A stretch of DNA of 52,855 nucleotides from an uncultured Candidatus Saccharibacteria bacterium. Its GTDB lineage: Bacteria; Patescibacteriota; Minisyncoccia; Phycocordibacterales; UBA9973. Below the pieces are notes generated by a model. It had not been told where the DNA came from and searched no databases. It saw only the letters and a program-made list of their open reading frames with translations. Positions 35,706 through 45,158 of this stretch are shown piece after piece. Location: the NCBI GenBank assembly GCA_964544225.1, contig CAZIZK010000001.1, forward strand, positions 1 through 52,855, given 5' to 3'. The position numbers were made by a program, and so were the translations under genes. Every line of letters starts with the position of its first letter. The stretch's first letter is position 1.

Positions 35706-37439
35706 TTACAATGCATACGCGTCTTGAAAAGGGACTTTGCCTTCGATACTCTTTATCATTGCATCCTCGCGCATTATTATCATCCCCTTTGAACGAGCTA
35801 GCTTGTATATCTCGCTCTCAACAGGGCTCTTCAATATAATACTCTGCATTTCTTTGTCTATTTTAAATGCTTCAAATACTGCAACGCGTCCGCGTGTACC
35901 CGAAGGACATTCATTTGAAGGGATAGCCTCGTGCATTTCACCAGTAAGTCCGAGCTTGGCTTTGTATTGTTCTGGAAGGTCTGCGAACTGCTTCTCTATT
36001 ATCATTTTTGTTGCTTCATCAGAAGGTACAGGGTGCTGTGAATCTGGACATATCCTGTGCACTAGGCGCTGAGCCATAGATAGTACAAGTGTCGGTGCTA
36101 TCAAGTAAGGGTCTATACCCATATCTACTAGACGTGGTATTGCCCCCACAGCCGAGTTGGTGTGAAGTGTAGATAGTACAAGGTGACCAGTAAGTGCCGC
36201 CTGGATAGCAAGCTCGGCTGTTTCCTTGTCGCGGATTTCTCCCACCATGATCACATTTGGGTCCTGACGAAGTATCGAGCGCAAGCCCGATGCAAATGTA
36301 TAACCTATCTCAGGCATGACTTGTGACTGGTTGATACCTGGCATCTGGTATTCCACTGGGTCTTCGAGGGAAACAATGTTCTGCTTCTCATGATCGAGCT
36401 CGTTGAGCATCGAATAAAGTGTTGTAGACTTACCAGAACCAGTCGGACCTGTAATCAATATTAGCCCATATGGCTTTGCCAATGCCTCACGAATTAAAGC
36501 TAAATTATCAAGTGACATTTCCAACTGATCAATAGGCTTGACCCCACGAGATGGGTCCAATATACGCATAACCACCTTCTCACCATAATACGATGGCATG
36601 GTAGATACACGGAAGTCTATCTTGCGATTATCGATCTTTGCCGAGAAGCCTCCATCCTGAGGCTTTCTCTTTTCATCTAGGCGTAATTTGGCCAAGATCT
36701 TTATACGAGCAATAACTCCGGCATACACATTCAGTGGTAATACGATAGATGTGTGCAGTTCACCATCTACACGGAAACGAACTTTTACTTTGTCCCCCAC
36801 ATTTTCTATGTGTATATCAGATGCATTGCCTTCGGTAGCATTGCGCAATATAACAGCCACTATCTTTATAATAGGAGCGTCTTCGACTATCTTCTCTTCT
36901 TCACCTGGCTTTAATTTATCTTGTTCTTTTTTATTATCAACTGTTACACCTTCGTCTGCAGATGATTGCATGACGCTATCGAGTTCGGAAAGTGCCTGAT
37001 CCACCTCACCCCCCATACCCTGATACATACCGAGTATCTTCTTGAATGTTGTGTATTTGATCAAGTACACCTTGAAAGGCATGTTTATACGTGAAGCGAT
37101 AAATTGCAGGGCATCCATGGCTTGGATATTCTCGGGATTTGTAATACCGATCTCAAGGACTCCGTCTGTAACCCCAACAGGAACAAAGCTATATATAGAA
37201 GCAGAGTCTATGGGTATATATTTTAAAACATTCGATGCAAAGCTATCAGTGTTTACATTCTTTATTGGCACATTGAAATACGCACTCTTTACATCGAGAA
37301 CTTTTGCTTCGTCTACCTTCTTCTCGATCAAGGCTTCATCAAGATTACCTGCATACTTACTGTCAGCAACAGACATAATGTCAGGGATAGATGTTTCTTG
37401 TATTAAGCCAACTTTTGCTAATTCTTCGAGTAATGCCAT
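35706..37439 (-). CDS. pilB: type IV pilus assembly ATPase (GspE/PulE family)
   Basis: ASDIHIE, RFRVDG, GPTGSGKSTT, LEDPVEY, LRQDP..IMVGEIRD and TLHTN. Confidence 0.93.
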   Translation of the reverse strand: MALLEELAKVGLIQETSIPDIMSVADSKYAGNLDEALIEKKVDEAKVLDVKSAYFNVPIKNVNTDSFASNVLKYIPIDSASIYSFVPVGVTDGVLEIGITNPENIQAMDALQFIASRINMPFKVYLIKYTTFKKILGMYQGMGGEVDQALSELDSVMQSSADEGVTVDNKKEQDKLKPGEEEKIVEDAPIIKIVAVILRNATEGNASDIHIENVGDKVKVRFRVDGELHTSIVLPLNVYAGVIARIKILAKLRLDEKRKPQDGGFSAKIDNRKIDFRVSTMPSYYGEKVVMRILDPSRGVKPIDQLEMSLDNLALIREALAKPYGLILITGPTGSGKSTTLYSMLNELDHEKQNIVSLEDPVEYQMPGINQSQVMPEIGYTFASGLRSILRQDPNVIMVGEIRDKETAELAIQAALTGHLVLSTLHTNSAVGAIPRLVDMGIDPYLIAPTLVLSMAQRLVHRICPDSQHPVPSDEATKMIIEKQFADLPEQYKAKLGLTGEMHEAIPSNECPSGTRGRVAVFEAFKIDKEMQSIILKSPVESEIYKLARSKGMIIMREDAMIKSIEGKVPFQDAYAL

Positions 37440-37440
37440 A

Positions 37441-37884
37441 TTAATTCTTTTTTGTTACTGGAGTGGTAACTTTACTTGTACTTGTCTTGGTGTCTGAGAT
37501 GATTGTTGTAACTGGTGGTATGTTAGTAATCGTATCTGTATTTGGATCAACAGAAGTTGTATCCTCATCTAATGGTGCAAAAGGGTTCTCGCGACCAATA
37601 GTACCATTGTTTACTATCTCGACAGTATTGTCTGATAATGAAGAGAAAGTTTTACTAAAGAATAATTGTGAGTCTATCTTGATACCAGAAAGCCCCAATA
37701 ACGTAGCTAGGAATGCTGTGTCGTTAGCTATTTGTGAATCAATATTTTCAGATGATATACCAGACGATACAGACAAAGATGAATTACTATCAGAAGATGA
37801 GCCCCCGAACAACATGAGGTACCCTACTCCCCCACCAACAACAATGATTGCTACTATTATTATGTTTTTGATATTTTTATTCAT
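37441..37884 (-). CDS. pilus-cluster hypothetical protein (TM anchor, S/T-rich), at the PilP position
   Basis: Sits between pilO and pilB, with a single TM and a GRENPF motif. Confidence 0.65.
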   Translation of the reverse strand: MNKNIKNIIIVAIIVVGGGVGYLMLFGGSSSDSNSSLSVSSGISSENIDSQIANDTAFLATLLGLSGIKIDSQLFFSKTFSSLSDNTVEIVNNGTIGRENPFAPLDEDTTSVDPNTDTITNIPPVTTIISDTKTSTSKVTTPVTKKN

Positions 37885-37888
37885 AATA

Positions 37889-38479
37889 TTAATGTTTAAG
37901 CCAATATGTTTGTAACTTTACATCATAAGTATATACACTCGGATCAGTATCTGGGTTTTGTAATGTTGCCTTCTTTTCAGGAACCACAAAGCTAATCGAC
38001 TTTATATCTATCAGTCTTAGGTTGAGTTCCAGATCTTTTAGGAAAGATAGGAATACAGGGTAGCTTGCCTCTGTTTTAAACTCTAGATTAAATACTCCAT
38101 AAGGTTTGTTTGCATTTGGATCAGAGCCCGGATCCACGTTCTGATCAGTGGTTGTAGGCTTTGGGGCTTCAAAAGCAATATTCTTTAGTGACATGCCGTG
38201 TAGACTTGCTACTTGCTGGATCTCGAGTATGAGCTGGATATTGTCCACAGTATTGGGCATGAATTTGATCAGCCTTTCTTTATCTTCTTTTGGTATTGCG
38301 TTGTAGGACTCGAGTAATGTATCTCGAACTTTTTGTAATTCAGTAGAATGTGCTAAGGCTGTATTATAAGCCGTAACATCAGTACGCAACTTTGAAACAT
38401 CAGAAAACATTGGACCTACGAACAACACCCCTCCGGTGATGGCTAGAATTATAAATATGATTGGAAAAATATTGCGCAT
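37889..38479 (-). CDS. pilO: PilO-like protein
   Basis: TM, coiled coil, F..FLKDLE.NLRLIDI, downstream of pilM/pilN. Confidence 0.75.
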   Translation of the reverse strand: MRNIFPIIFIILAITGGVLFVGPMFSDVSKLRTDVTAYNTALAHSTELQKVRDTLLESYNAIPKEDKERLIKFMPNTVDNIQLILEIQQVASLHGMSLKNIAFEAPKPTTTDQNVDPGSDPNANKPYGVFNLEFKTEASYPVFLSFLKDLELNLRLIDIKSISFVVPEKKATLQNPDTDPSVYTYDVKLQTYWLKH

Positions 38480-38480
38480 A

Positions 38481-39194
38481 TTATTGTGTAGGATTAATTA
38501 TGGTATTATTTGTATTTATATTTATGTCAGTGTTATTAATATTTGTAACTGGATTTGTAACCGGCTTTTTTACTCCTTCTTGTAAAATGAACTTCTCGTA
38601 TGAAAGAAGTGTTGGGTCAACAGAGAAAGATATTTCGAATTTAACATAACCCTTCTTGTCCTTTTCATCAGCCAGACCCAAGTTAGAGAATACTACGTCT
38701 TTGAAATATTTACCTTTGTCCGAGTTGAGTACTTGGGCTTGGAGTGCGATGGATCGATAGTCGCGTGCAGTACCTGTCATATTGATCAAGAAGCTTCGTC
38801 CGTCTGCAGAACTCGTCTGTTCGAACTTTGTAAACTGAACAGCTGGTAGAGTTAATTGATTCATAAGGTCAAAAAGTGGTGAGAATATGATATGACCAGA
38901 TATAACCTGTTTGGATACAGACATACGCTTGTCGAAAAGTTGTAGGTCTTCGATAGTGTCCTTCTCAAAGCTTGCTTGGGAGGATTGTAATGAGGTGTGT
39001 AGATTGTTTAGATTCTTTAAAAGAATATTTTTATAAACAAACAATCCACCATACAGTGCAACAACAATAACAACAGCGAATATGGATAAGAAATTCAAAA
39101 GCCCGATAGGTCTGGAAACAGCCACAGGTACATCGGTACTTGCAACTAATGGCTTCTTTGGTATGAAAGATGTTTGAAAAGAATTATTTTCCAT
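38481..39194 (-). CDS. pilN: PilN-like protein
   Basis: TM, coiled coil, LTLPAVQF, ...GTARDY and VKFEISF, downstream of pilM. Confidence 0.65.
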   Translation of the reverse strand: MENNSFQTSFIPKKPLVASTDVPVAVSRPIGLLNFLSIFAVVIVVALYGGLFVYKNILLKNLNNLHTSLQSSQASFEKDTIEDLQLFDKRMSVSKQVISGHIIFSPLFDLMNQLTLPAVQFTKFEQTSSADGRSFLINMTGTARDYRSIALQAQVLNSDKGKYFKDVVFSNLGLADEKDKKGYVKFEISFSVDPTLLSYEKFILQEGVKKPVTNPVTNINNTDININTNNTIINPTQ

Positions 39195-39203
39195 ATTTAT
39201 AAA

Positions 39204-40331
39204 TTATGACAATTGTCGCAATGCAAGACCCACAGCTACGGCAAATTCTGGACCGCTGGTTTCAAGTATAGGCGCTAGGAATGCTGGGGCCTCAGTCTTT
39301 CCAAACGGGTCTGCATACACCACCTCAGCACCGAACACTTTTGTCCCCTTCTCTAACAATCCGCGAAGCATAGCACCACCACCAGTAAATATAACTTTAC
39401 TTATAGCTTTATTATACTTCTTCTCATACGCAAGTACAATACTGTTTGTCTCGGAAAAGATGTAGTCGATAGATACAGCCACAATGTTTGCAACATTTGG
39501 GTTCTGATTCGTGTCGAGGCCTACATCACGCTTGATCTGTTCGGCTTGTTTGAATGGTGCATTCATAGAGGTAGCTATGGCTTTGGTTATGTCTTGTCCA
39601 CCACGAGGTATCACATGGAATGTACGAACAATTCCACGCTCGACAATAGATAATTTGGTCCTAGATGCACCAAAGTCGATCAACAATACCGGTGCCAGCT
39701 CGTGCCCAAATGATGAGCGCACCGATGAGAACACTTCCATCTCGAAAAAGTTCGAGTTTATATTCGCCGCTTTTAGTAAATCACGATATTTAGTCAGAGT
39801 ATCATTGTGTATAGCTACTGTTAAGACTTCGGTTTTTGCATCACGAATAGTCGATGCATTTTCATTGTCCTCGCCCACAGATTCGGCCTCGCGAGGGATC
39901 ATCCACCAGTCGAGAGTTACTTCAGTTATAGGTACAGGAATATATTTGCGAGCTTCGTTGGGGATAATAGCACCGAGATCTGCCTCAGATATAGCACCTG
40001 GGAGTGTAATCAGGAATATAAGGCTCGCAGATGATGGTATAGCCAGAGCACCTGTGGTAGTAGTAGTGTTGGACTCCTTCAATACATCAAATAATGCTGT
40101 GGTCAGAGCCTCGGCTGGCAAGTTCACAGAGGCACCAACATCAGTCTTGTCATATGGTCCCAGTGCGAGTGCGCCGTATGTCTCCAGTACCGCCTTGCCA
40201 CCCTTCTTCTTCAGTTGAACAACTTTTATTGAAGATGCTCCAATATCAATACCCAATACACTCTCGTCTTTCTTAGAGTTAAACATAGATGAAAAAGTGT
40301 CACCAAAAATTTGTTGGAAAATATTGCTCAT
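39204..40331 (-). CDS. pilM: type IV pilus assembly protein PilM
   Basis: LGIDIGASSIKVVQL, LIDFGAS, GG.DIT, TGGGA and AVGLALR. Start 40331. Confidence 0.93.
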   Translation of the reverse strand: MSNIFQQIFGDTFSSMFNSKKDESVLGIDIGASSIKVVQLKKKGGKAVLETYGALALGPYDKTDVGASVNLPAEALTTALFDVLKESNTTTTTGALAIPSSASLIFLITLPGAISEADLGAIIPNEARKYIPVPITEVTLDWWMIPREAESVGEDNENASTIRDAKTEVLTVAIHNDTLTKYRDLLKAANINSNFFEMEVFSSVRSSFGHELAPVLLIDFGASRTKLSIVERGIVRTFHVIPRGGQDITKAIATSMNAPFKQAEQIKRDVGLDTNQNPNVANIVAVSIDYIFSETNSIVLAYEKKYNKAISKVIFTGGGAMLRGLLEKGTKVFGAEVVYADPFGKTEAPAFLAPILETSGPEFAVAVGLALRQLS

Positions 40332-40376
40332 ATTATATACATAATTATAGCATATTTGTAGTAAAATAAATGTTAT

Positions 40377-41051
40377 ATGGGCAACTTTATACACAATATT
40401 TATAAAAATATATTGGCAATATTATTACCCATGTCTTGTATTGGGTGTAAAAAGAAGAATGAGGCTATTTGTGAACTTTGTTTATCTAAAATATGTACAG
40501 CCGAGCGTGAACCAGCCCGTCATATTAGTGCCGTATTTGATTATCGCGATCCATTAATAAAGAAGATGATCTGGGAGCTGAAATACAATAATAAAAAGGT
40601 GTATGCAGATATATTAGGGAAATATCTATACGAAGAAATGCTGGAAGAAATATCGACTCTTAATATGTTCTCGCGGGGTAGCCCTATCGTCGTTATCCCT
40701 GTACCTTTGTCTAAAAATCGTTTGAAGAAAAGGGGTTATAACCAAAGCCTTTTGATAGCACAAGCTTTGGTTGAAAATTCAGGCGGTAATATCATGAGTC
40801 TGAACAATAATTTAATAATAAAGGTAAAAGACACCCCACCCCAAGCCCGCATTATAAACAGGAATAAACGCCTTGCTAACATAAAGGGTGCTTTTGCTTT
40901 TACAAATCCTGATGCAAAAGATTTCGTAAAAGGTAAAACCATAATAATCCTCGATGATGTCACAACTACAGGTGGCACCATACACGAGATAATGATTATG
41001 TTAAAACACGCCGGCGCCAAGAAAGTCACCGGACTTGCCGTAGCACACTGA
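40377..41051 (+). CDS. comF: ComF family competence protein (Zn ribbon plus PRTase)
   Basis: CIGC...ICELC, PVPLSK.R..KRGYNQS, ILDDVTTTGGT. Ends in TGA. Confidence 0.92.
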   Translation: MGNFIHNIYKNILAILLPMSCIGCKKKNEAICELCLSKICTAEREPARHISAVFDYRDPLIKKMIWELKYNNKKVYADILGKYLYEEMLEEISTLNMFSRGSPIVVIPVPLSKNRLKKRGYNQSLLIAQALVENSGGNIMSLNNNLIIKVKDTPPQARIINRNKRLANIKGAFAFTNPDAKDFVKGKTIIILDDVTTTGGTIHEIMIMLKHAGAKKVTGLAVAH

Positions 41052-41062
41052 TAATAAAAAGA

Positions 41063-42256
41063 TTATTTATTCCACATGTCCCATACTGCGCCGGCAATAT
41101 TACGAGGCTTACCTTCGAGTGCGTAGTAGTGTAGGTCAATAAAAGGCAAAGTATTGCATTCGATAATACCCCATTTTTGTGTACTCTGATCTTTGGTCGG
41201 GTCAGGAATAATGCAGTCAAAGCCAGCAATAGCCAAGCCTACAACTCTACCTGCTTTTTCTAAAATCGGAATAAAGCTTGGGTGAAGCTCGTCTATCATC
41301 TCTTTTGTGCTTCCACCAAATAGCCTTCCGACACGGTGATATAGATTTATGGACACTTTGTCTGGCAAAATGTCATCAATCCCAAAACCTGCCCGAACAA
41401 GACAAGCATTCAACTCTTCACCCATTCTGACTGGTTCAATGCGATTATTCCTATTTTCATCCTTTTCTTTTATTAGAGTCCTAATTGTCTTTGTACCATC
41501 ACCCACAATAAAAGGCGCTTGCCCCCTATAAAAGCCTAAGAGGACTCCGTCGACAACAGTTGCCCTGCACACATAACCATGCAGATGTTCCTCTACGACA
41601 AGATGTGTAGATATTTGACTAGTTATAGCTACCCCCTCTTTGAAATCTTTTAGTGTATTTATATTAGTGATAGTGTGTCTGGATCTAGAACCTATTTCTG
41701 GTTTTACAATAACAGGTTTTTTAAATTTATTAAAAATACTTTCTAAATTATTAAATTTAGAACTTGATATACCTATACACTGTGGTACGGGAATATTGTG
41801 TTTAGATAGTTCTTTTTTTAAAAGAATTTTATTATCCCAATTATTACTAAATACTCTTTTAGGTGGTATAGGTATACTTTCAAAATATTCGAATTTACCA
41901 TTTATAATAGCCCTGTATTGGTCTATAGGCCTTTTGCCAACTATCACTTGCTCCATGTATATACCGCGCCGTTTAGCCTCCTCCCATATAACACGAGATC
42001 GGAAAGAACTTGCTTTATCTATATCATTTGAAAAATGAGATACTTTGAGGAATGACAAGAAACTAAAAAGATATTTTGGTATCAACTCAACCATTTGCTC
42101 CATCCAAGATGGAGCAAACTTCGAAAGCTTGCCGATTGTGTGATCGACAATATATAAAACGTGGTTCTCTATTTTATGGAGATTATGATTGATAGGTGCA
42201 TCACCACAATACGAGCATGCCCCCTGACGGACTTTTGGTTCAGAAGTATTTTGCAT
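41063..42256 (-). CDS. standalone ATP-grasp ligase (cyanophycin synthetase/GshF-type domain)
   Basis: IPVP, VIVKP, VEEHLHG, IVGDG..TI..LI, AGFDCII and IIECNTLP. Confidence 0.75.
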   Translation of the reverse strand: MQNTSEPKVRQGACSYCGDAPINHNLHKIENHVLYIVDHTIGKLSKFAPSWMEQMVELIPKYLFSFLSFLKVSHFSNDIDKASSFRSRVIWEEAKRRGIYMEQVIVGKRPIDQYRAIINGKFEYFESIPIPPKRVFSNNWDNKILLKKELSKHNIPVPQCIGISSSKFNNLESIFNKFKKPVIVKPEIGSRSRHTITNINTLKDFKEGVAITSQISTHLVVEEHLHGYVCRATVVDGVLLGFYRGQAPFIVGDGTKTIRTLIKEKDENRNNRIEPVRMGEELNACLVRAGFGIDDILPDKVSINLYHRVGRLFGGSTKEMIDELHPSFIPILEKAGRVVGLAIAGFDCIIPDPTKDQSTQKWGIIECNTLPFIDLHYYALEGKPRNIAGAVWDMWNK

Positions 42257-42270
42257 ATTTAATAAGACAC

Positions 42271-42301
42271 ACAAAAGAGGCAAGAAGCTTGCCTCTTTTG
42301 T
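42271..42301. terminator. intrinsic terminator
   Basis: ACAAAAGAGGCAAG-AAG-CTTGCCTCTTTTGT. Confidence 0.7.
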
Positions 42302-42453
42302 AGAAAAAATAAATTCTTAGTGTTCTCCTTTTATCATAAAAATAATATAACATTAAAGCCTTATTAAATCGACTATGTATAAGATGTATTATATCATGTA
42401 CATATTTAAATGCTAGTTTTTCCAAAATACATTAATATTACACAATAAAATGC

Positions 42454-43491
42454 CTAATCTTCGATTGTTTGTGCAGTACATATTGCATGTAATATTGTAC
42501 CTTTTGAGTCAAATTTGAACTTGCATATTGACGATACCTTCTTCTTTTGATCACCATTCATAATATTGTATTTCAATTTTATGAATTCTTGATCTTTGTA
42601 TGAATTAACAGTATCTTTCTTTATCCTCTCTATATCTTCGTGGCTTACAAATGCCATAAATTCTTCTAGTGAAAGTTTCGTATGCTCTGTATTCAATATC
42701 TTCATCATTGTCTTGTTTAGAACGACAATATTATTATTGGAATTCCATGTAAAGTGTCCCAGACCCGCCAACTCTTCAGACAATGTTAAAAAGTCTTTGC
42801 TTTGTTGCAAGTCCTGATTAACAGTCTCGAGATTACGTGCGTATTCAAACGAACGTAATATTATTGATATCAACAATAATACAGATATAAATACTAATAA
42901 AGACATGGCGACTACAACATATTGGGCAGTATGAACTCTATTAATAAAATCTCTCGCGGAAATATCAATACCGAGCATCGCCTCCACTTTACCACTCTCA
43001 CCAAATATCGGTGTATAAGCCGATATCCAGCTACCCCATGCGTCTGTATATGGACCACTAGTATAAGCTATACCATTCCTATGATTGTACAAATCCTCCT
43101 CGGTACTTTCGGTATAGGCTTGGCCTGGTGGTGAGTAATCTTTTGAACTTGGATCTTCCGAGTCAACAAGGAAGAACTCTTGGCCATCGTGCAGACCCAT
43201 CAGATATGAAAAGTGTATATCAAAATTCACATCATTCGCCCTCTTTAGAGTTTGCTTAAGTTTCTGGTATTGTGAATTGTCGATATCAGACTCATTGCCA
43301 GACAATACCTTTATATCATTTGGATCGATAGCTACTGAAATATTCTGGACTTGTTGCAATAGATTCTTCCGCTCAACATCAGACACCTTCTTGCCAACAT
43401 ATATAACGCTACTGATAGATACGATAACAACAATAACTGAGGCAAGTATGACTATAAACAAACCACTTTTATTATATTTTAAATCTTTCAT
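42454..43491 (-). CDS. membrane sensor: TM-Cache-like-TM-PAS-like, no output domain
   Basis: FLVDSE...YSPPGQ.Y...GPYTDAWGSWISAYTPI extracytoplasmic module and a C-terminal AGLGHFTWN PAS-like fold. Confidence 0.7.
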   Translation of the reverse strand: MKDLKYNKSGLFIVILASVIVVIVSISSVIYVGKKVSDVERKNLLQQVQNISVAIDPNDIKVLSGNESDIDNSQYQKLKQTLKRANDVNFDIHFSYLMGLHDGQEFFLVDSEDPSSKDYSPPGQAYTESTEEDLYNHRNGIAYTSGPYTDAWGSWISAYTPIFGESGKVEAMLGIDISARDFINRVHTAQYVVVAMSLLVFISVLLLISIILRSFEYARNLETVNQDLQQSKDFLTLSEELAGLGHFTWNSNNNIVVLNKTMMKILNTEHTKLSLEEFMAFVSHEDIERIKKDTVNSYKDQEFIKLKYNIMNGDQKKKVSSICKFKFDSKGTILHAICTAQTIED

Positions 43492-43495
43492 AATA

Positions 43496-44008
43496 TTATT
43501 GTATGTTATCTATAGTAATTTCAGATTCAGGAGCAGTGTGTACGTCAGGTACTAAGTGTGAAATATGTTTATAGAAAACAACGTATTCACCTAAAAATTT
43601 CTTGAAATGTGCATAATGTGGCACTTCACCAATTTCCTGCATGTGGGCTAGTGGCTTGCTCTCGGGAGTGTATTCATAATGTCCACGTAACTCCCCCTCT
43701 TTAAATACACGTATATGATACTGATTATCGAAGTCCACAAGCTTGCGCCATGATAGGACTTGACCTTCGTCTTTCCATGCTACGAAATGATTACCAAAAC
43801 CCCATTTGGTATGCAAATGATCCTCGAGTTGTTTTAGATTTTTATGTGGCGCAAGCCAGCCTAGGTGGTAATGTTGACGCCCTTTATCATGGCGAACTAT
43901 ATGCCATTTTAACAAATGAACTTGGAACCAAGGAAAAACATAATATATTTTATGCCAAAACCAGTTCTTGAATCTCTGCCAAGGTGTTAAATGTATTGTC
44001 TTCTTCAT
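43496..44008 (-). CDS. hypothetical His/Trp-rich protein
   Basis: 170-aa ORF with a TGTTATAAT promoter 6 nt upstream. No family recognised. Confidence 0.75.
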   Translation of the reverse strand: MKKTIHLTPWQRFKNWFWHKIYYVFPWFQVHLLKWHIVRHDKGRQHYHLGWLAPHKNLKQLEDHLHTKWGFGNHFVAWKDEGQVLSWRKLVDFDNQYHIRVFKEGELRGHYEYTPESKPLAHMQEIGEVPHYAHFKKFLGEYVVFYKHISHLVPDVHTAPESEITIDNIQ

Positions 44009-44024
44009 TCACACATTATAACAC

Positions 44025-44621
44025 CTAATTATCCACTTTGTCAGCGAATACTACCAGGCGGCTTGAGTGACTCTTATTTATACTATCCCATATACCATTG
44101 CAAGTGATCAGGTTCAAATGTGCCTTGCCATCAGATGTTTTAAATACACTTGTTGAATCTTGCCCTTCTTCATAAGTCTTCAGTTTTCGTACTATAAATA
44201 CAGTAGTTAAACCATTACTATTTTTTACATATATTTTGTCACCTATTTTTATTTTATATAAATTATCAAATACAGCCTTTATGCCGTCTTTCCACCCAGA
44301 GTGACCATCTATAACCGAACTACCTACCGTACCAGGCCTCGGACCCATATAAAACCATCCAACATTAATAGGGCCCTCTGGTGCATCCATGGCACCACCC
44401 TTTGTAATACCAACATGTTCAATGTTGGTATTTATACTAAGTGATGGGATAGAGATAGAAACAGGAAGACCGATATCAACATCTAAAGATGTATCGGATA
44501 ATATTGTAGATTTTTTAATATCAACATTTTTTGCACCATTTACATACTGCATAATAAATGCCGATGATATCATTACTAAGATAGATACTATAAAGAATTT
44601 TAATATTCTTCCTTTTTTCAT
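44025..44621 (-). CDS. class F sortase
   Basis: TM anchor, P..I.IPSL.I, VGW, PG..GS.VIDGH, LNLITC and RLVVFA (His/Cys/Arg triad). Confidence 0.88.
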   Translation of the reverse strand: MKKGRILKFFIVSILVMISSAFIMQYVNGAKNVDIKKSTILSDTSLDVDIGLPVSISIPSLSINTNIEHVGITKGGAMDAPEGPINVGWFYMGPRPGTVGSSVIDGHSGWKDGIKAVFDNLYKIKIGDKIYVKNSNGLTTVFIVRKLKTYEEGQDSTSVFKTSDGKAHLNLITCNGIWDSINKSHSSRLVVFADKVDN

Positions 44622-44622
44622 A

Positions 44623-44841
44623 TTATTTTATTATTTTCTTTACTTTGTTTACAACATGCTTTACTTTCTTTACATCTTTCTTTACTTCGTTCTTTGCATT
44701 CAAGATAAGACCCTTCATCTTATCCTGATGTTCCTTGCTATTTGGCCCTAGTAGGTAGTACGCCCCTGCCCCTACAGCAGCGATACCAGCACCGACAGCT
44801 ACAGCCTTGCCCACTGACATACCCTTTTTATGTTTAGTCAT
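44623..44841 (-). CDS. YtxH-like small protein
   Basis: Gly/Ala hydrophobic N-terminus ending YYLLGP, then a basic amphipathic helix. Confidence 0.55.
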   Translation of the reverse strand: MTKHKKGMSVGKAVAVGAGIAAVGAGAYYLLGPNSKEHQDKMKGLILNAKNEVKKDVKKVKHVVNKVKKIIK

Positions 44842-44870
44842 ATATTTTTATTCGTTTAAACTGATAAATC

Positions 44871-45134
44871 CTAGCTACTTTTTTTATTTTTTTTAGATCT
44901 TTTTTTATTTTTAAAAAATAATTTAAAAATAAAACTATCTTTTATATCCTCAAACGTTTCTTTGATTACCTCTTCTACTGAATCTATATTCTTCTCCAAT
45001 TTATTTATCAATTTTGCAAACAAATTTAAAATATGAAGAATGCGTATCAAGATAAGCACTGCCAATACACCCATGATGATGAATCCCACAGAAGAGATAA
45101 AGAAAAAAACTTGTGATTGTAATAAGGAATTCAT
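44871..45134 (-). CDS. DUF948 (YtxG/YoxC)-like small membrane protein
   Basis: TM followed by a coiled coil and a basic tail, paired with a YtxH-like gene. Confidence 0.5.
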   Translation of the reverse strand: MNSLLQSQVFFFISSVGFIIMGVLAVLILIRILHILNLFAKLINKLEKNIDSVEEVIKETFEDIKDSFIFKLFFKNKKRSKKNKKSS

Positions 45135-45158
45135 AAAATAAATTAATACAATTATCTA

